A stretch of 64,000 bases of DNA, from NCBI GenBank assembly GCA_002269645.1, contig NIVC01003547.1, forward strand, positions 1 through 64,000, given 5' to 3'. Position 1 is the stretch's first letter; each line of letters opens with the position of its first letter. The notes below the pieces were generated by a model that saw only the letters and a list, made by a program, of their open reading frames with translations, had not been told where the DNA came from and did not search any database. The translations under genes and the position numbers were made by a program. The DNA is from Macrostomum lignano. Lineage: Eukaryota. Positions 24,052 to 41,340 of this stretch are shown here, piece after piece.

Positions 24052-24780
24052 ATGCAGCAGCAGTCGGAGCAGCAGACGGCCCTTTCAGCTGGCCAAAACA
24101 ACTCGGAGGTAGAGCCTGAGTTTGCCTACAAGATCTTGCAATGGTCAGTCGCAAAAATCGGTGATTCTCGCAGACGGAAAGGTGGAGTTGATCTTAGACA
24201 GAATCTTCTTCTAGCCAACACGCTGTGTAAAGCGCGAGACAGTCTGCTGGCTGCTAAGATGCAGCAACAGCAGGCTAGACAGCTTGAGCAGCAGCAGATG
24301 CAGCAGCTGGAGCAGCAAAAGCTGGAGCAGCAGCAGATGGAGCAACAGAAGCTGGAGCAGCAGCAGATGGAGCAACAGAAGCTGGAGCAGCAGAAGCTGG
24401 AGCAGCAAAATCTGGAGCAGCATCAGCAGCGGCAGCAGCGGCAGCGGCAACAGCAGCAACTACGAAGGCAAAAACTGAAGCGGTCTGCTTCAATTGCGAT
24501 CGACAACGAAGCTGCAGGATCGGAACCCGGCAAGCGGCCTTACCTGGAACACGGAACTCAACAGCAGCAGCAGCAGCAACAGGTGACGGACCAAGCATCG
24601 AGCATCGGCATCTCCATCATTCCCCTGTCCCCGGCAGAGGCTGCCCGGCTGAGCCGCAGTCAGCCGGTGGTGTCGCTGAGCCTGAGCCTCGGCGGCCAGC
24701 AGCAGCAGCAGCAGCCGCTTATCTCGTGGACAGCACTGAGCGAGCCGGTTCACGGAGGCTGTGTGCTGACCTGCGCGTGA
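24052..24780 (+). CDS. Immediate early response (IER2/IER5-like) family protein with polyQ coiled coil, 242 aa, intronless
   Basis: The N-terminal AYKILQWSVAKIGDSRRRKGGVDLRQNLLLANTLCKAR matches the IER family motif (IER5: [38 protein letters not shown]). A 30-bp/10-aa LEQQQMEQQK repeat follows. Confidence 0.8.
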   Translation: MQQQSEQQTALSAGQNNSEVEPEFAYKILQWSVAKIGDSRRRKGGVDLRQNLLLANTLCKARDSLLAAKMQQQQARQLEQQQMQQLEQQKLEQQQMEQQKLEQQQMEQQKLEQQKLEQQNLEQHQQRQQRQRQQQQLRRQKLKRSASIAIDNEAAGSEPGKRPYLEHGTQQQQQQQQVTDQASSIGISIIPLSPAEAARLSRSQPVVSLSLSLGGQQQQQQPLISWTALSEPVHGGCVLTCA

Positions 24781-26129
24781 CACGGCTGAACCCCCTATAT
24801 GACCTATTTTTATAAAGCTCTTCTAAAACTCACCGCTGCACTTGTATTAAGGATCTACAATATTTGCATACTATTTGCCTATGACTTCTGTGTAATAATT
24901 TCTGTACATAAAGTAGTACATGAAGAACTTAACATCCTCTCTGCGATAATCTTCCCGTGTCTTTGCTATACCAGATGGCATTCAGCATTGCATGCTCCAC
25001 TGCTCCTACTATGTGGCAATAGTTTGTAAGAAATGTTCAATTTGCATGTATTTACTAGTCGTATGTTAATTATGCTAATACAGGCTTGAATTGTTTGCAA
25101 ATCAAACCAGCATTCCCACAAATAAATCTGCGACGGACTCGACCGCTGCCTTCCTGCGATATCTGTGATACGCTCAATAAAAACGCATTGCCCGTAATTT
25201 TATGGTATTGGGGAACCATGGATGGTTTGTCACTGCTGACGTCGATTTTACATGCACTAAAGAATTGATGAAGATGATTTTGAAGCAGAACAACTCTGGT
25301 TGTAGCTCTGCTCTAGAGCATACTAGTATTTCGAACTCAGTTGAAATGGCGCAACCCCACAGCATTGCGCTCCGAGCTGAATCGATGCGTAATTTCAACG
25401 TCACTCGCTCGGCCTCCAGCTCTCTCTTATCCAGAGTAGCTCGTATCGCGTGACTCAAGCATAAAGCGTATGTACAGTTGGGTAGCTGTGTTGCACAGGA
25501 AACGTTTATTTTTCCAAGAACGGCTGACGAACAAGTTTAAGCTGTGCGTTATAGGCACGGGTTGCGCAGTGGAACACTGCCAATTTTAGCTTAGCCGATC
25601 TGTTCACTAGTGTCCTGGGCGGAGTTTTTGGTTCGTTCCCATGAAAAGCAGCAGGTGCAGTGGAAGTGACTGTACGAAATCAGAGAAAACAATAAAGCCT
25701 TTCCCAGCACACAAAGGAATTATACGCTAGTACGCTTGTAAACTCGAAAGCATTTCCTTTTAGGGGCTTCACATGCACATGTGCAGCTGAGTTCTAGCCG
25801 GTTTAACCTCGATTTAGATAAAGTTTTATTCAGAAATAAATGCACTTTCACATCAAATTCAAATTAAAGTTACAGAATTAATACGCACGAACGGCCCATT
25901 AATGGTTGCCCCCAGGACCCGGGTCCGGCACACAATAGCGGAATGAACTATTTGTCACACTTGCCTCCTCTGGAGGGATGATAGCTCAAGAGACTCTGTC
26001 TCCTGTTTTTCACCTTGCAATGCGCACTTCGAAGGGTACTCGTCCCGTGGGTGTTAAGGTGCCGAGCTGATTCGTTGGCGCCGAGGTCCTGATGTAACCA
26101 TAAACTCACTTTCTAAGGTCCCAGTGTAA

Positions 26130-27020
26130 CTCCCCCAGCACACTCCCAGCACACTGGACGCAATTCCAGACGTGTTTTTTCAAATGTGACGACCATCAGC
26201 TACATCACAGACAGCTCAGCGGTCGGAAATTTTTTGCTCGGACAGCCAAGCAGCCTTTCAGGCCCTCTGGTGCAGCACCAATAACTCCACCTGGACTGCA
26301 ACGCCCAGCTCAATGGGCTCGCCATGGGCAATCAGGTAAAGTTCAAGTGGATCCCGGGCCAGGTTGGTTTCCTCGGACGAGTGTGCTGACCTGCTGGCCA
26401 AGGCTGGTTCCGCAGGCGCACTGTTAGAGCCCGGGCCAGGGGCCCCTATCCCCGCCTCGGTGATCAACTGGTTTAACTGGGCTGATTCCGAGCATCTCCG
26501 CAGGTGGCACGACACTCAGAATTGCAGGCAATCCCGTGATAATGTCCCCTTCCTGCCCTCCCTTCCTGTTCCCATGTTTCTCCCCAAATACGTAGAGCCC
26601 TCCTAGACTCAACCGCAGCGACCTTAGAGCAGTCAGCATTGCCCTCTCTGGGCATGGCTGCTGCTCTTGCCATCGCTTCCTTCAGGGCGAGGTACCTGAG
26701 AAGCGGTGCCCCTTCTGTCGCTCAGCCAGTAAAAACGCTGAGCACTTTATCTTCCTTATCTTCATCAGGGCCAGACTCACTCACTTCGGGCCAAAACCCG
26801 GTTCTTTTCGACGTTACCTCAGAGAGACGGGACGAGCTGATTTCTTCCCAACCGCCGGTGAGGAGGACCGCACTGCAGGAGAGACTGACGGATCCCCCTG
26901 AGTGACATCACTTTGACGGAAGTCATTGGTCGCCATGGGCTAGCGAAATGGGCGGTCTCCTCCGCCTCCTCGCTGCATCCGCTGGTCAATGCTCCCTGTA
27001 GCAAAGTCTAGTAAGTCAAG
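26130..27020 (+). pseudogene. Decayed 3' end of a LINE (RNase H plus C-terminal Cys/His knuckle)
   Basis: Frameshifted segments read FCSDSQAAFQAL, KFKWIPGQVGFLG/ECADLLAKAGS and LNRSDLRAVSIALSGHG..RCPFC..AEHF. They are homologous to the ORF2 C-terminus of the LINE at 32.9-37.7 kb. Confidence 0.85.
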
Positions 27021-29854
27021 GCCGGCCTATTGGTTGCTTGGAATTTAAGGAACTAATTTCCTATATTTGGCATAAACGACGCAACATCCTTGCCAGTTGC
27101 AAGTACTACTCGTACCAAGTAGCGAGTAAAGAATTTACTGCGTTTCTTTTAATGTATGCACAACAGATTATTTAGATCTTCGGAGATGAGATCGGTTTAG
27201 CCGTTTTTTTCTGAGATAGATCACACACATTTATTCTGAGATAGACAAACCATTTTTAGTACGAGCGTACATTATTGCTGAACCAATAAGCAAGCTGTTT
27301 ATGCCAACAAGCTTGAGATTATAAACTTATCAAAGTCATTTCAGCTGGCTTTATTTTTATAAAATAGCTTATGTATTCTTCTTTGCTACTGAACTGAAAG
27401 TAGAAAGCTGATTTACTAAGTGTATGCCTGAGTGGCCCATCTAGTTATTCTAGTATCTATCAATTGGACGCAGTAAAAACCATATAGGAAGAAAATGGTA
27501 AATTAGCATTTAATACGCGCTTTATAAGGAATTTGTAAAATTCTAGCCAACAGTGCACACTGTGACTGAAGGGCCTTGGCTGTTGTCTTGGCTAGTCTAT
27601 GGGCCATAGACTGCAAAGGCTAAGCAAAGTAACAAAAAAGACATTCACAATGCAGTCATGGTATACTACGAGTATAATTGTCTTCTCTCAAATAATCAAT
27701 ACGCATCTGATTTTGCCACCTGAATTTGATGCTCCTATTAGAATGAAATGTCTCGCCGAGGTTTTCACGCAGGGTTTTTCCATTCGGAATTTCGAGTCTA
27801 GACATTAAGTATAGACTAGATAAAAAAACTAGACTAGATTAGAACTAGAATAGACTAGATTTCAAATTCAAACCCGATTGGATTTGACTTGAAACTCCGA
27901 CTGGACATCCTTTGGCCCAGATGCGCTTCTTTTGGGATCTGGGAAAATCAGAGAGAAGCCGCTGAATAAGATTTAGAATGGGAAATTAAACACATGTTGT
28001 TTTACGAGTATTTAAGCATCTGCACGGGCTTAAGGTTCGAAGCAGAAAGCATTGTAGTTGGAAGTTTATTATAATTCTTGTTAGTTAAAGTTTCTTGGCT
28101 AAATTGAAGATTTTTCTGTCTAGCAAATATCTTTCTGCCAGTTAATTCTGCTTTGCTGGGAGGCTTTCCCGGATATGCAACTTACACCCAGACAGGGCAG
28201 CGGCATCCGCAAGCGGTACCCCCCCCCCCCCCTGGCGCGATGCCAATAGCAAATGCAAGGTGAGGATTCTGCCTCTTTATTTGGCTCTCCTACCTAATCC
28301 ATTGGCATTGCGCCAGAAAATTTGGTGATGCCACCGCCCGAACATGCGACGTAAAGATAAATTGTTTGCACGTCGCATTCGCAAAATGTATTCAACGGGT
28401 AACAATACAAATCCTAGATCAGATCAATGTCATAACACATACAACTTGAAGATTTCATCAAAATGCGACAGGGCAATTCAGTTTTCAAATTTAAAGTCGA
28501 TCACAAGCAAGAAAAATTGGAGAATATGTAGTAACTTTTTTTAGTAAGAGCATCATTATTACGCTAGTATGTATATTATTTAGCTAAACAAATTATTTTA
28601 TTCCGAGGCCAGCTCCGAAACATTAATTGAGTTAATTTATGAGACGAGTCAAAATGTTTTTATGAAAAGTATGCTTTCGCTATTCTGAAAATAATATTTT
28701 CCTTTTTTTCTACGACTTTTTTAAAAAAACTTAAATTTGTTGCAATGTTATTCCAACTTACCTGGCTTCTAGAAGTTTCCTTTTCCCCTTCGCGCATTCT
28801 AGCTCGTACGAGTAAAATTTCCAAATTAAGTATAAGATATTTCCCCATTTTTCCGCGAATTTTTATAGCAAAATATTTCTACGTTTAAACTTTACATAAC
28901 TTTACTTTAATTATTAGCCATATTATTATTTAACGCATTTACCCTTATTAATTACAGTACGTATTATAATAACCGTATCTTTGTTATAATCTAAAGAAAG
29001 TTCCAGAACACCGTTAATTTTCTAAAAACCAAGAAAACCCAGCTAATAATCAAGTTTTTCCGAAATCTCGATTATCAATAACGAAACAAAATAAAGAACC
29101 ATCGCCTTTACGCCTCATTACTTTAATATTGCTACAAATTAAAAACATTTTAAGGACAATTTTTGTGCAACAATACGGGTAGAAAATGGTGAAAAGATAT
29201 ATCATCGAAATAAGAAGATAATTATCGCATAGTTCTTGCCTGTTTTTGATACTTTAAATTACAAAAATGTTCATTTTCACAAATAATTCAACGTTTTCGT
29301 CGCTGCTCATGCCGCAGCAGTAATATTTGAGTGCCAGCGACATTGGAGTGCCAGTGACATCTGACTGTCAGATTTAAGTTTTGGTTAGGGATTTGGTTAG
29401 GGTCTTCAGTCCAGTTCAGGTGGTCAAATTGATGACAGTCAAATGCCAGAAACCCAAAATTGTCATCAGGAATAATTTGCCTGATTATAGTTAACAGAAT
29501 TGCATGTACTGACTAAACAGTGCTGACGACCCAGTCATTGTAAAATATAAGTTAAAAAATCTCAGGTATTTACTATTTAGACACCTGAGAACTCGTCACC
29601 CAAGGCCGAGGTTACGACAATATTTACCGATGGCTATCGATATTTACCGATAATATTTACCGATCGATTATATTTTGAGTAGGCACACAGAAAAATAAAA
29701 GAACCCTGCCAATACGAGTACCTAAACCCAGAGTTTACCCTCAGTTCTTGACGAAGATCCGATAAGCAAGTGACTGCGGACTTTGCAAACTTTTTATTTA
29801 GTGCGAATCTCGTATCTAGCTGCTGCGCACTAATCAATAGGTCTATTTTCGTTT

Positions 29855-30603
29855 CTATCTGCATGGTCTCAGGGCCGAAGCTTCCATTGGCTGTTCTTGG
29901 TTGGCTTCGGCGTCTTTCAACGATCCAAGACCGCGTCGACGGCTGCTAAAAACCAGCATCACGATGACGGCAAAGAGCTGGGCAAGCAGCATTGCCGTCA
30001 CCACCAGACAGATGAGCCAGCCGAAGCCAAGTCCGGTTTCGCTATTCATAGTCCGCGCCGAGCTCGCGCCCACCATGGGCACGTAGTCCGGCTCGTCGCA
30101 GACGTCTCCGGTCCAGCCCGAGGGGCACTGGCAGAAGACTCTCACTTTTGTCAGCGCCTGGCCGATTATGCAAAATTGTTGCGAGTGAAATTGATCAATT
30201 GGTGATGGAGTAATCAGATAAATAGCACTAATTAAGGAGGTAAACGCATCTGACTCTCTTGACTTGGGTCTTTGAGCTCGAATAATTTGGCTGGTGGGTT
30301 TTTGTTCGATTCACACCCATCAGTGACAACCCCCAAGGCACAGAGGGTGTACATGCCTGACGATTAGAGAGTCAGGGCCGCTGTACACCCTGTGTGAGCG
30401 TGTGTATGGGTGCGTGCCTGCGTACAGAAATGGCGCGCTTGTATGTTCTCAGGAGTCAGCGGAATGGGCTGTTTGCGGGACGATGCTACCAAGGTAACTT
30501 TCACCTGACAGAAACCGCCCTCCAGACAGACGCTGCCGTACATGTCCCGGAGGATTTGCAGTTGGCTTTCGGTGCAATTCTTCAGCAGCGTAAATGAACT
30601 CAT
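29855..30603 (-). CDS. Single-EGF-domain membrane protein, paralog A (133 aa from first Met)
   Basis: Exons 30603-30505 (CAG|gtgaaa) and 30157-29855 (ccag|GCG), phase 0. Product MSSFTLLKNCTESQLQILRDMYGSVCLEGGFCQ|ALTKVRVFCQCPSGWTGDVCDEPDYVPM..TM..SRRRG. Six Cys; AATAAA ~57 nt after the stop. Confidence 0.85.
30235..30480 (+). mobile_element. SINE family 2 copy in the intron of EGF-TM paralog A
   Basis: Family 2 body with a partial head (GGAGGTAAACGCATCTGACT), antisense to the gene. Confidence 0.75.
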
Positions 30604-31310
30604 GACTTGCGCTTGTTAGCTTTCACTTGTTAGTCCATCAACAGGTGGCGACACGAAGTTTAAGTAATGCTCTCGCTTTTAGCAGGATGGAGGATTGCAT
30701 GACAGAGTGACATATTTGCCAGTGAAACTTTCCCGCCCCAATTGAAGTAACAGAGTTGACACTGTGCTAATTAAGCGTGGGCGAGGGCTAGACAGACAGA
30801 TTTTCCACAAAGTAAAAGCCGCCAGTCCGCGTTCTTCGCCCTACCCCCGGTGCGAATGCCCACGCAACTATATGCGAATGATTAGAGATATGCTTGTCAG
30901 TAATTTACTTTACAAGCTGTGTTGTACAAAGTAGCCCAAAAAAACTCGAATAAGGTTGCTTGTTGTTAAACGGGGGTGGGAGGAGAAGCGCTGCCCGCGG
31001 ATCAGCCCTAGGGGGCTCTGCCGCATGGATCTAGCTGTGGGCCATACTACCAGGGGGCTTTAAGCCCGAGAGGCCACTATTGGAACCAGAGCTCAGGACT
31101 CTGGGGAGAGCATGGAGCATTGGAGCTACTAACCCAAGCCTATGGACTAAAGACACCGCCAACCCAAAAGTGGAATCAGGCACGGTGCTAGGACAGAGTC
31201 CACTCAGGCCACCACCCAGCAGATAAAAGAATTGGAATGAAAAATGCTTGGGTTACTACTGATAAGCGGTCCGAGAGCGGGGAGACCCTGAAGTCTCGGA
31301 AATGGCTTAA

Positions 31311-31635
31311 TATTGGAGTGAGTCTGGAAGGCTTGTATCCGAGGGCGAGACTCCTATCAGGCAGTGACCATGATACCTATAGGGCTGCAAGCCACAAGGG
31401 TGTCACCTAATCAGCTCTATATTGGAATGAGTCTGGAAGGCTCCGAGGGCGAGTCTCCTATCAGGCAGTGACCATGATACCTTATAGGGCTGCAAGCCAC
31501 AAGGGTGTCACCTAACCAGCTCTATATTGGAATGAGTCTGGAAGGCTCCGAGGGCGAGTCTCCTATCAGGCAGTGACCATGATACCTATAGGGCTGCAAG
31601 CCACAAGGGTGTCACCTATACCAGCTCTATATTGG
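31311..31635. repeat. ~105-bp direct repeat, 3 copies
   Basis: TATTGGAATGAGTCTGGAAGGCTCCGAGGGCGAG..GCCACAAGGGTGTCACCTAA occurs at ~31311, ~31420 and ~31525. Confidence 0.9.
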
Positions 31636-32664
31636 AGGCCAGGCCAAGGGGGCGGAGAGGGGCACAAGGGGCAAGAGGAAACCGGACTCAGCCGGTTTTC
31701 CCCGATTCGGGACGAACATCTGCACATCAAAAAGGGTTTGGTGCTAATTTTTGTTTTCTTTCTCTCAACCGCGTCAGTACTTCAGCGTTTAGCGTTTGGA
31801 GTTCAGGGTCTCAACTCTGAAACGCAAAAGTACAAGTCACATTCGCATCACAATGGTGATTCAGGTTAAGTAATCGAAAAAGAACTAACATCAGATGAGG
31901 ATTTATGTGCGAGTAAGTGTCGCACTTTTGACTGGTAGCTCGAAATTGGAACTCTCCCTGTTGTGAGCGCGGAAACTAAGGGACGAGATTCAGTGTGGAC
32001 GTAATGGGTCTGCAGATTTTTTGCTCCTAGTTTATTTTTTTCAACTGCCATCTCGTCAACCAACTCGTCCACAAATGGAAAGGAACCACTCGTTTGGTCA
32101 CTTCATCAACCCAGTTAACAAAACGGCAGTGGTGGTGGTGGTGGTGGTGGTGGTGGTTCCCGGCCAGAGCTAGTCCGGGAGACGCGCCTCTGGAGGTACT
32201 CGAGCACGCGGCAGCCGTCTACGATGACGGACAGTGACGGGTTTGGTCCGAGGACCTCCGCCCGGATGTCTGCTTGTGTCGGGCATTGGATTATGAGGTA
32301 TTCGTTGACATTTTGACATGCAATCAACCAATCAACCATCTAACAATGCTCTCCTACTTTCGAAAAAAGTGTTCCATTCACCTTCAACAGCAATTTTTTA
32401 ATGTTTAAAAAGATTGCGAAAATGAATTTGACGAGTTCTGATCGATTGCTTGAACGAATGAATATTTGGGTGAAATAAAAGTAAAGTAGAAATTAAAGTT
32501 AACTCAAGCAATGTCAATGTTTCAAAAAGATCAAAGAAAAACTGCATTCAATGAGTATTCACTTCACCATAAAATTCTGGTGGGGCACGGGCCCTCTCAC
32601 TTCGACACAATTCAGGCTGTTCTGAATGCGCTTGAACATTAGCAGGGGCGCCGACTGGGGCGCC

Positions 32665-32937
32665 GTCAAATCTCAGGTCGTCCTCGTCAGAGTTGTGCGG
32701 TTGCGCCGCTGGCTGCAATTGAGGGGCTGCAGGCGATTAAAATGCACGACCCTTTGCTTTCGTGCATTGGCCTCGGGCTGAATGCGGTAGGTGACATCCG
32801 AGATCTGCTTTTTAACGCGCCAAGGCCCAGTCCAACATCGATGAAATTTGCGACTCTCGCCTCGCTTCAGCGCCTGATTGTGCTGCCAGACCAGATCGTC
32901 CTCCCTGAATGCCTCGCCGTGGCACCTCCAGTCTTAC
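32665..32937 (-). pseudogene. Ty3/Gypsy integrase C-terminal (GPY/F) remnant, 3' half of the LINE target
   Basis: Reads DWRCHGEAFREDDLVWQHNQALKRGESRKFHRCWTGPWRVKKQISDVTYRIQ..VVHFNRLQP. Confidence 0.85.
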
Positions 32938-33029
32938 TTACTTACTTACTTACTACTGACGGGGGGCGCAGGCGCCGCGAATAGGCCGCGAGGCCCCTAT
33001 CGCAACCCCAAGGTAAAAGAGCACAAGGA

Positions 33030-38240
<5,211 letters not shown>

Positions 38241-39260
38241 CCCTGCCCAAGTAGCGCATCGAGACCGAAGACTGCTAAAATCGCATCGAGGCTCTCTAAG
38301 ACTATTCCGCTGATGCTGTCCTTCAAAATTTTGAACACTTAGACTGCTGACAGCTTTTCGAGCCACGGTAGAGCTTGTGGCGAGCTTCACTGCTATCGCC
38401 TTCCAGAGGAAGCTTTACGACTTACGCCAACCTGTCTTTAATTCTCAGGGTGTTAAACCTTAGGCTTTATTGTTAGTATCGGTCCCGCAGTCTGAAGCAC
38501 TGCTTGAGTAAGCCATGAATGCAGGCAATGGACAGAGCCATTCGACGACGTCTGTAACAGACGAGCTTGGAGCCTGTGCCCACGTCTGAGGTTCATAAAT
38601 TTACAGTTTGTAGGGCACAAGGTATGAGACCGTAAGTCAAAGCCAATTTCGATTTTACTTGAATGCTATCATCAAGCTCCATATTACTCAATGCAGTCGA
38701 GTTTAGTAAAGTAAAGGCAGTATGCAGAAAGAGAATCAAAATTCAGAGATACTCGAGTAAGTGCGAATATTTCGTGAAGAAGTTACAGTAAGCCAGGGAC
38801 CTCACTAGAAAAACAAAGTCGATGTTACTTTTAAAGTCGATGAATTGCTCTCAAAGAGCAAACACATGGGATATTAATAGGTCTTCTGAATTAGGAGAAA
38901 TTCTAACTGGAAAACTTTTTTGCAGCACCCTAAACTGCAATACAGAAAAAAGTTTGCCCGTAGTAAAAGATAAACGGGCAAGATAGCAGCACTTGCATAG
39001 CTGTGTACCGCAGTGAACTCAAACATGGAGGCCGCCTAAGTGAAATCAAGCAACTCGGGGCTTACATACTCGTAGAAAAGTCACGGTAAAAAGAAACTTC
39101 AGTAAAATATGAGTTCCAAAGTCAAAAAAGAGCCAGAAGATAATATAAATACAAACTGTCAAATCAGTACAGAATCTTGCAAAAATAACATCTAAAAGCG
39201 ATGAGATAAATATTGTAGACTGCCATAGGATAGATCGATTGTACATTAATAAAAATTAGG

Positions 39261-40058
39261 TCAGGTGTCATTCTCCTCTACGGGCAGGACGGCGACACTC
39301 TCGGCTTTATCGGCCCTCTGAGGCTCGTGGCGTCGGCGACGGAGGTGACGATTGAGACTGCGCCGGTAAAGGACCACCCCGGCAACTATGAACAGTACGA
39401 TAGCTAGCAGGAAGGCCGCAACAAGGACTATTGAGAACAGGCCGCTCAGGCCGGCTCCGGAGCTGGCCATGGGTACGTAGTCCGGCTCGTCGCAGAGGTC
39501 ACCCGTCCATCCGGTGGGGCACTGGCAGAAAAGTCGTCCCGGAGGAATCGACTTGAATAAAGATAGGGTTGGAATCGGTTATAATGGTTGCTTTGGTTAT
39601 CTAGTTGGCTTACAAATGACTGTAGCTAGCCCCTCAGCTAGCGAGGAGATGAGCAGAATGTCAATTCCACTGATTTGTTCACGGATTCATTAGGGTGTGT
39701 AGCATAGTAGTACACTTTGATCCAGACTTTCAAATCTTCAGGTACTGCACATGTCTTTGTAACTCCTCGAGGGGTTGAACTGCCCGGAAATCTCCACGCC
39801 AATATTTGTGTGATAAACCCAAATTAAAGGTGGCCGAGCAAAAAAGTCAGATGCATTTACCATTGAGCTACTCTGCCTCCAGGGTCGTACTTGTACTCGT
39901 AGATTGCCTTCAACTCCCAGTTTACAGGGACCCTAAGGCAGCTGCGCAGTCCTTACCCGACAATGTCCGCCTTCCTGACACAAGCCGCCATACAGCTCGA
40001 CGAGTATCGTCAGCTCCCGGTCTGTGCAGTTCGTGATCGGTGGCACCGTCATTCGCAT
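39261..40058 (-). CDS. Single-EGF-domain membrane protein, paralog B (130 aa from first Met)
   Basis: Exons 40058-39957 (CGG|gtaagg) and 39551-39261 (ttcaag|TCG), phase 0. Product MRMTVPPITNCTDRELTILVELYGGLCQEGGHCR|SIPPGRLFCQCPTGWTGDLCDEPDYVPM..TM..YRRS. Confidence 0.85.
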
Positions 40059-40419
40059 TGTTGGCACCGTTTCTTGTTTATTGATTCTTTCTTGATTGAG
40101 CAGGGCTTAATTACCCGGTATTGTGGTTCATCAAGTTTATTGTCGTGTCAAGGGTATAGATGGAAGTAACTTGACGCGCGGAGGAGAGGCGCAAAATGAC
40201 AGTTGTTTTAGTTGTAAATCTTAGAATAGAATAGGGCATAGAATGGACGGCAGGCTCAGGAGCGCTGCTTTAATACGTGTATGCGCTAATGCGGGGGTGG
40301 CTGAGCAGGTGGGTAATGAGTGAGAGAAGTACTGCAAGCTGGACACGCTATGTATTTACTGCTGGCTGTGAGCCGACGCACAATCATAAGTTTCGGTTTT
40401 GATAGTTTTTCATTTGTAG

Positions 40420-40771
40420 CAAGGGGTCGGCAAAATGTTTCACCTCAAGGCCAGATGGAGAATCCAGCGTATGACTGCGGACCAGGTAGAGGAGAGAGGA
40501 AGTGGGAATACAGATAGGAGAAAGGAGAGGAGGCGACGGAATAAATGAGAAGAGAGAAGACAAGAGGAGAGGAGAGAGGAGAGAAAGGAGAAGAGTAGAG
40601 AGGAAGAGAATAGAGAAAGAGAGGAGAGAGGAGACAAGAAGAGAGGAGAGATGAGAGAAGGGAGCTTGAGCAGACTGGATTGCTATTGTGAAGCTTCAGA
40701 GGATCCGAGGGCTGGATAAAGAGGCTTTGCTGGCTGCATGTGGCCCGCGGGCCGGATTTCACTGACCCCTG
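40420..40771. mobile_element. hAT (Charlie-like) MITE with internal GA-rich low-complexity tract
   Basis: Termini CAAGGGGTCGGCAA and CTGACCCCTG; flanks ATTTGTAG and ATTTTTAG match at 7 of 8 positions as a TSD. Confidence 0.65.
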
Positions 40772-40837
40772 ATTTTTAGCATTGATTTTATTGGCCACGG
40801 TACGCTCGTATTGCTACAGAGTCATAGAGATTTTTCA

Positions 40838-41340
40838 TGCAGACACTCCCTGACACCACAGACACTCCCTGACACCACAGACACTCCCTGACACCACAGA
40901 CACTCCCTGACACCACAGACACTCCCTGACACCACAGAAACTCCCTGACACCACAGACACTCCCTGACACCACAGAAACTCCCTGGCACCACCGACACTC
41001 CCTGACACCACAGATACTCCCTGACACCACAGACACTCCCTGACACCACAGACACTCCCTGACACCACAGATACTCCCTGACACCACAGACACTCCCTGA
41101 CACTACAGACACTCCCTGACACCACAGACACTCCCTGACGCCACAGACACTCCCTGACACTACAGAAACTCCCTGACACCACAGACACTCCCTGACACCA
41201 CAGATACTCCCTGACACCACAGACACTCCCTGACACCACAGACACTCCCTGACACTAAAAACAGACACTCCCTGACACCACAGACACTCCCTGACACCAC
41301 AGACACTCCCTGACACAACAGATACTCCCTGACACCACAT
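40838..41340. repeat. 20-bp minisatellite (CAGACACTCCCTGACACCAC)n
   Basis: About 25 copies; the ORFs cycle every 20 aa. Confidence 0.96.

Noticed and set aside
25086-25458. 60-94 aa ORFs downstream of the IER gene
   Set aside because: No motifs or splice support.
32115-32339. 74-aa minus-strand ORF ending in poly-Pro as an upstream exon of EGF-TM gene A
   Set aside because: No signal-peptide character or suitable donor, the poly-Pro comes from a (GGT)n run, and it is absent from the paralogous C block.
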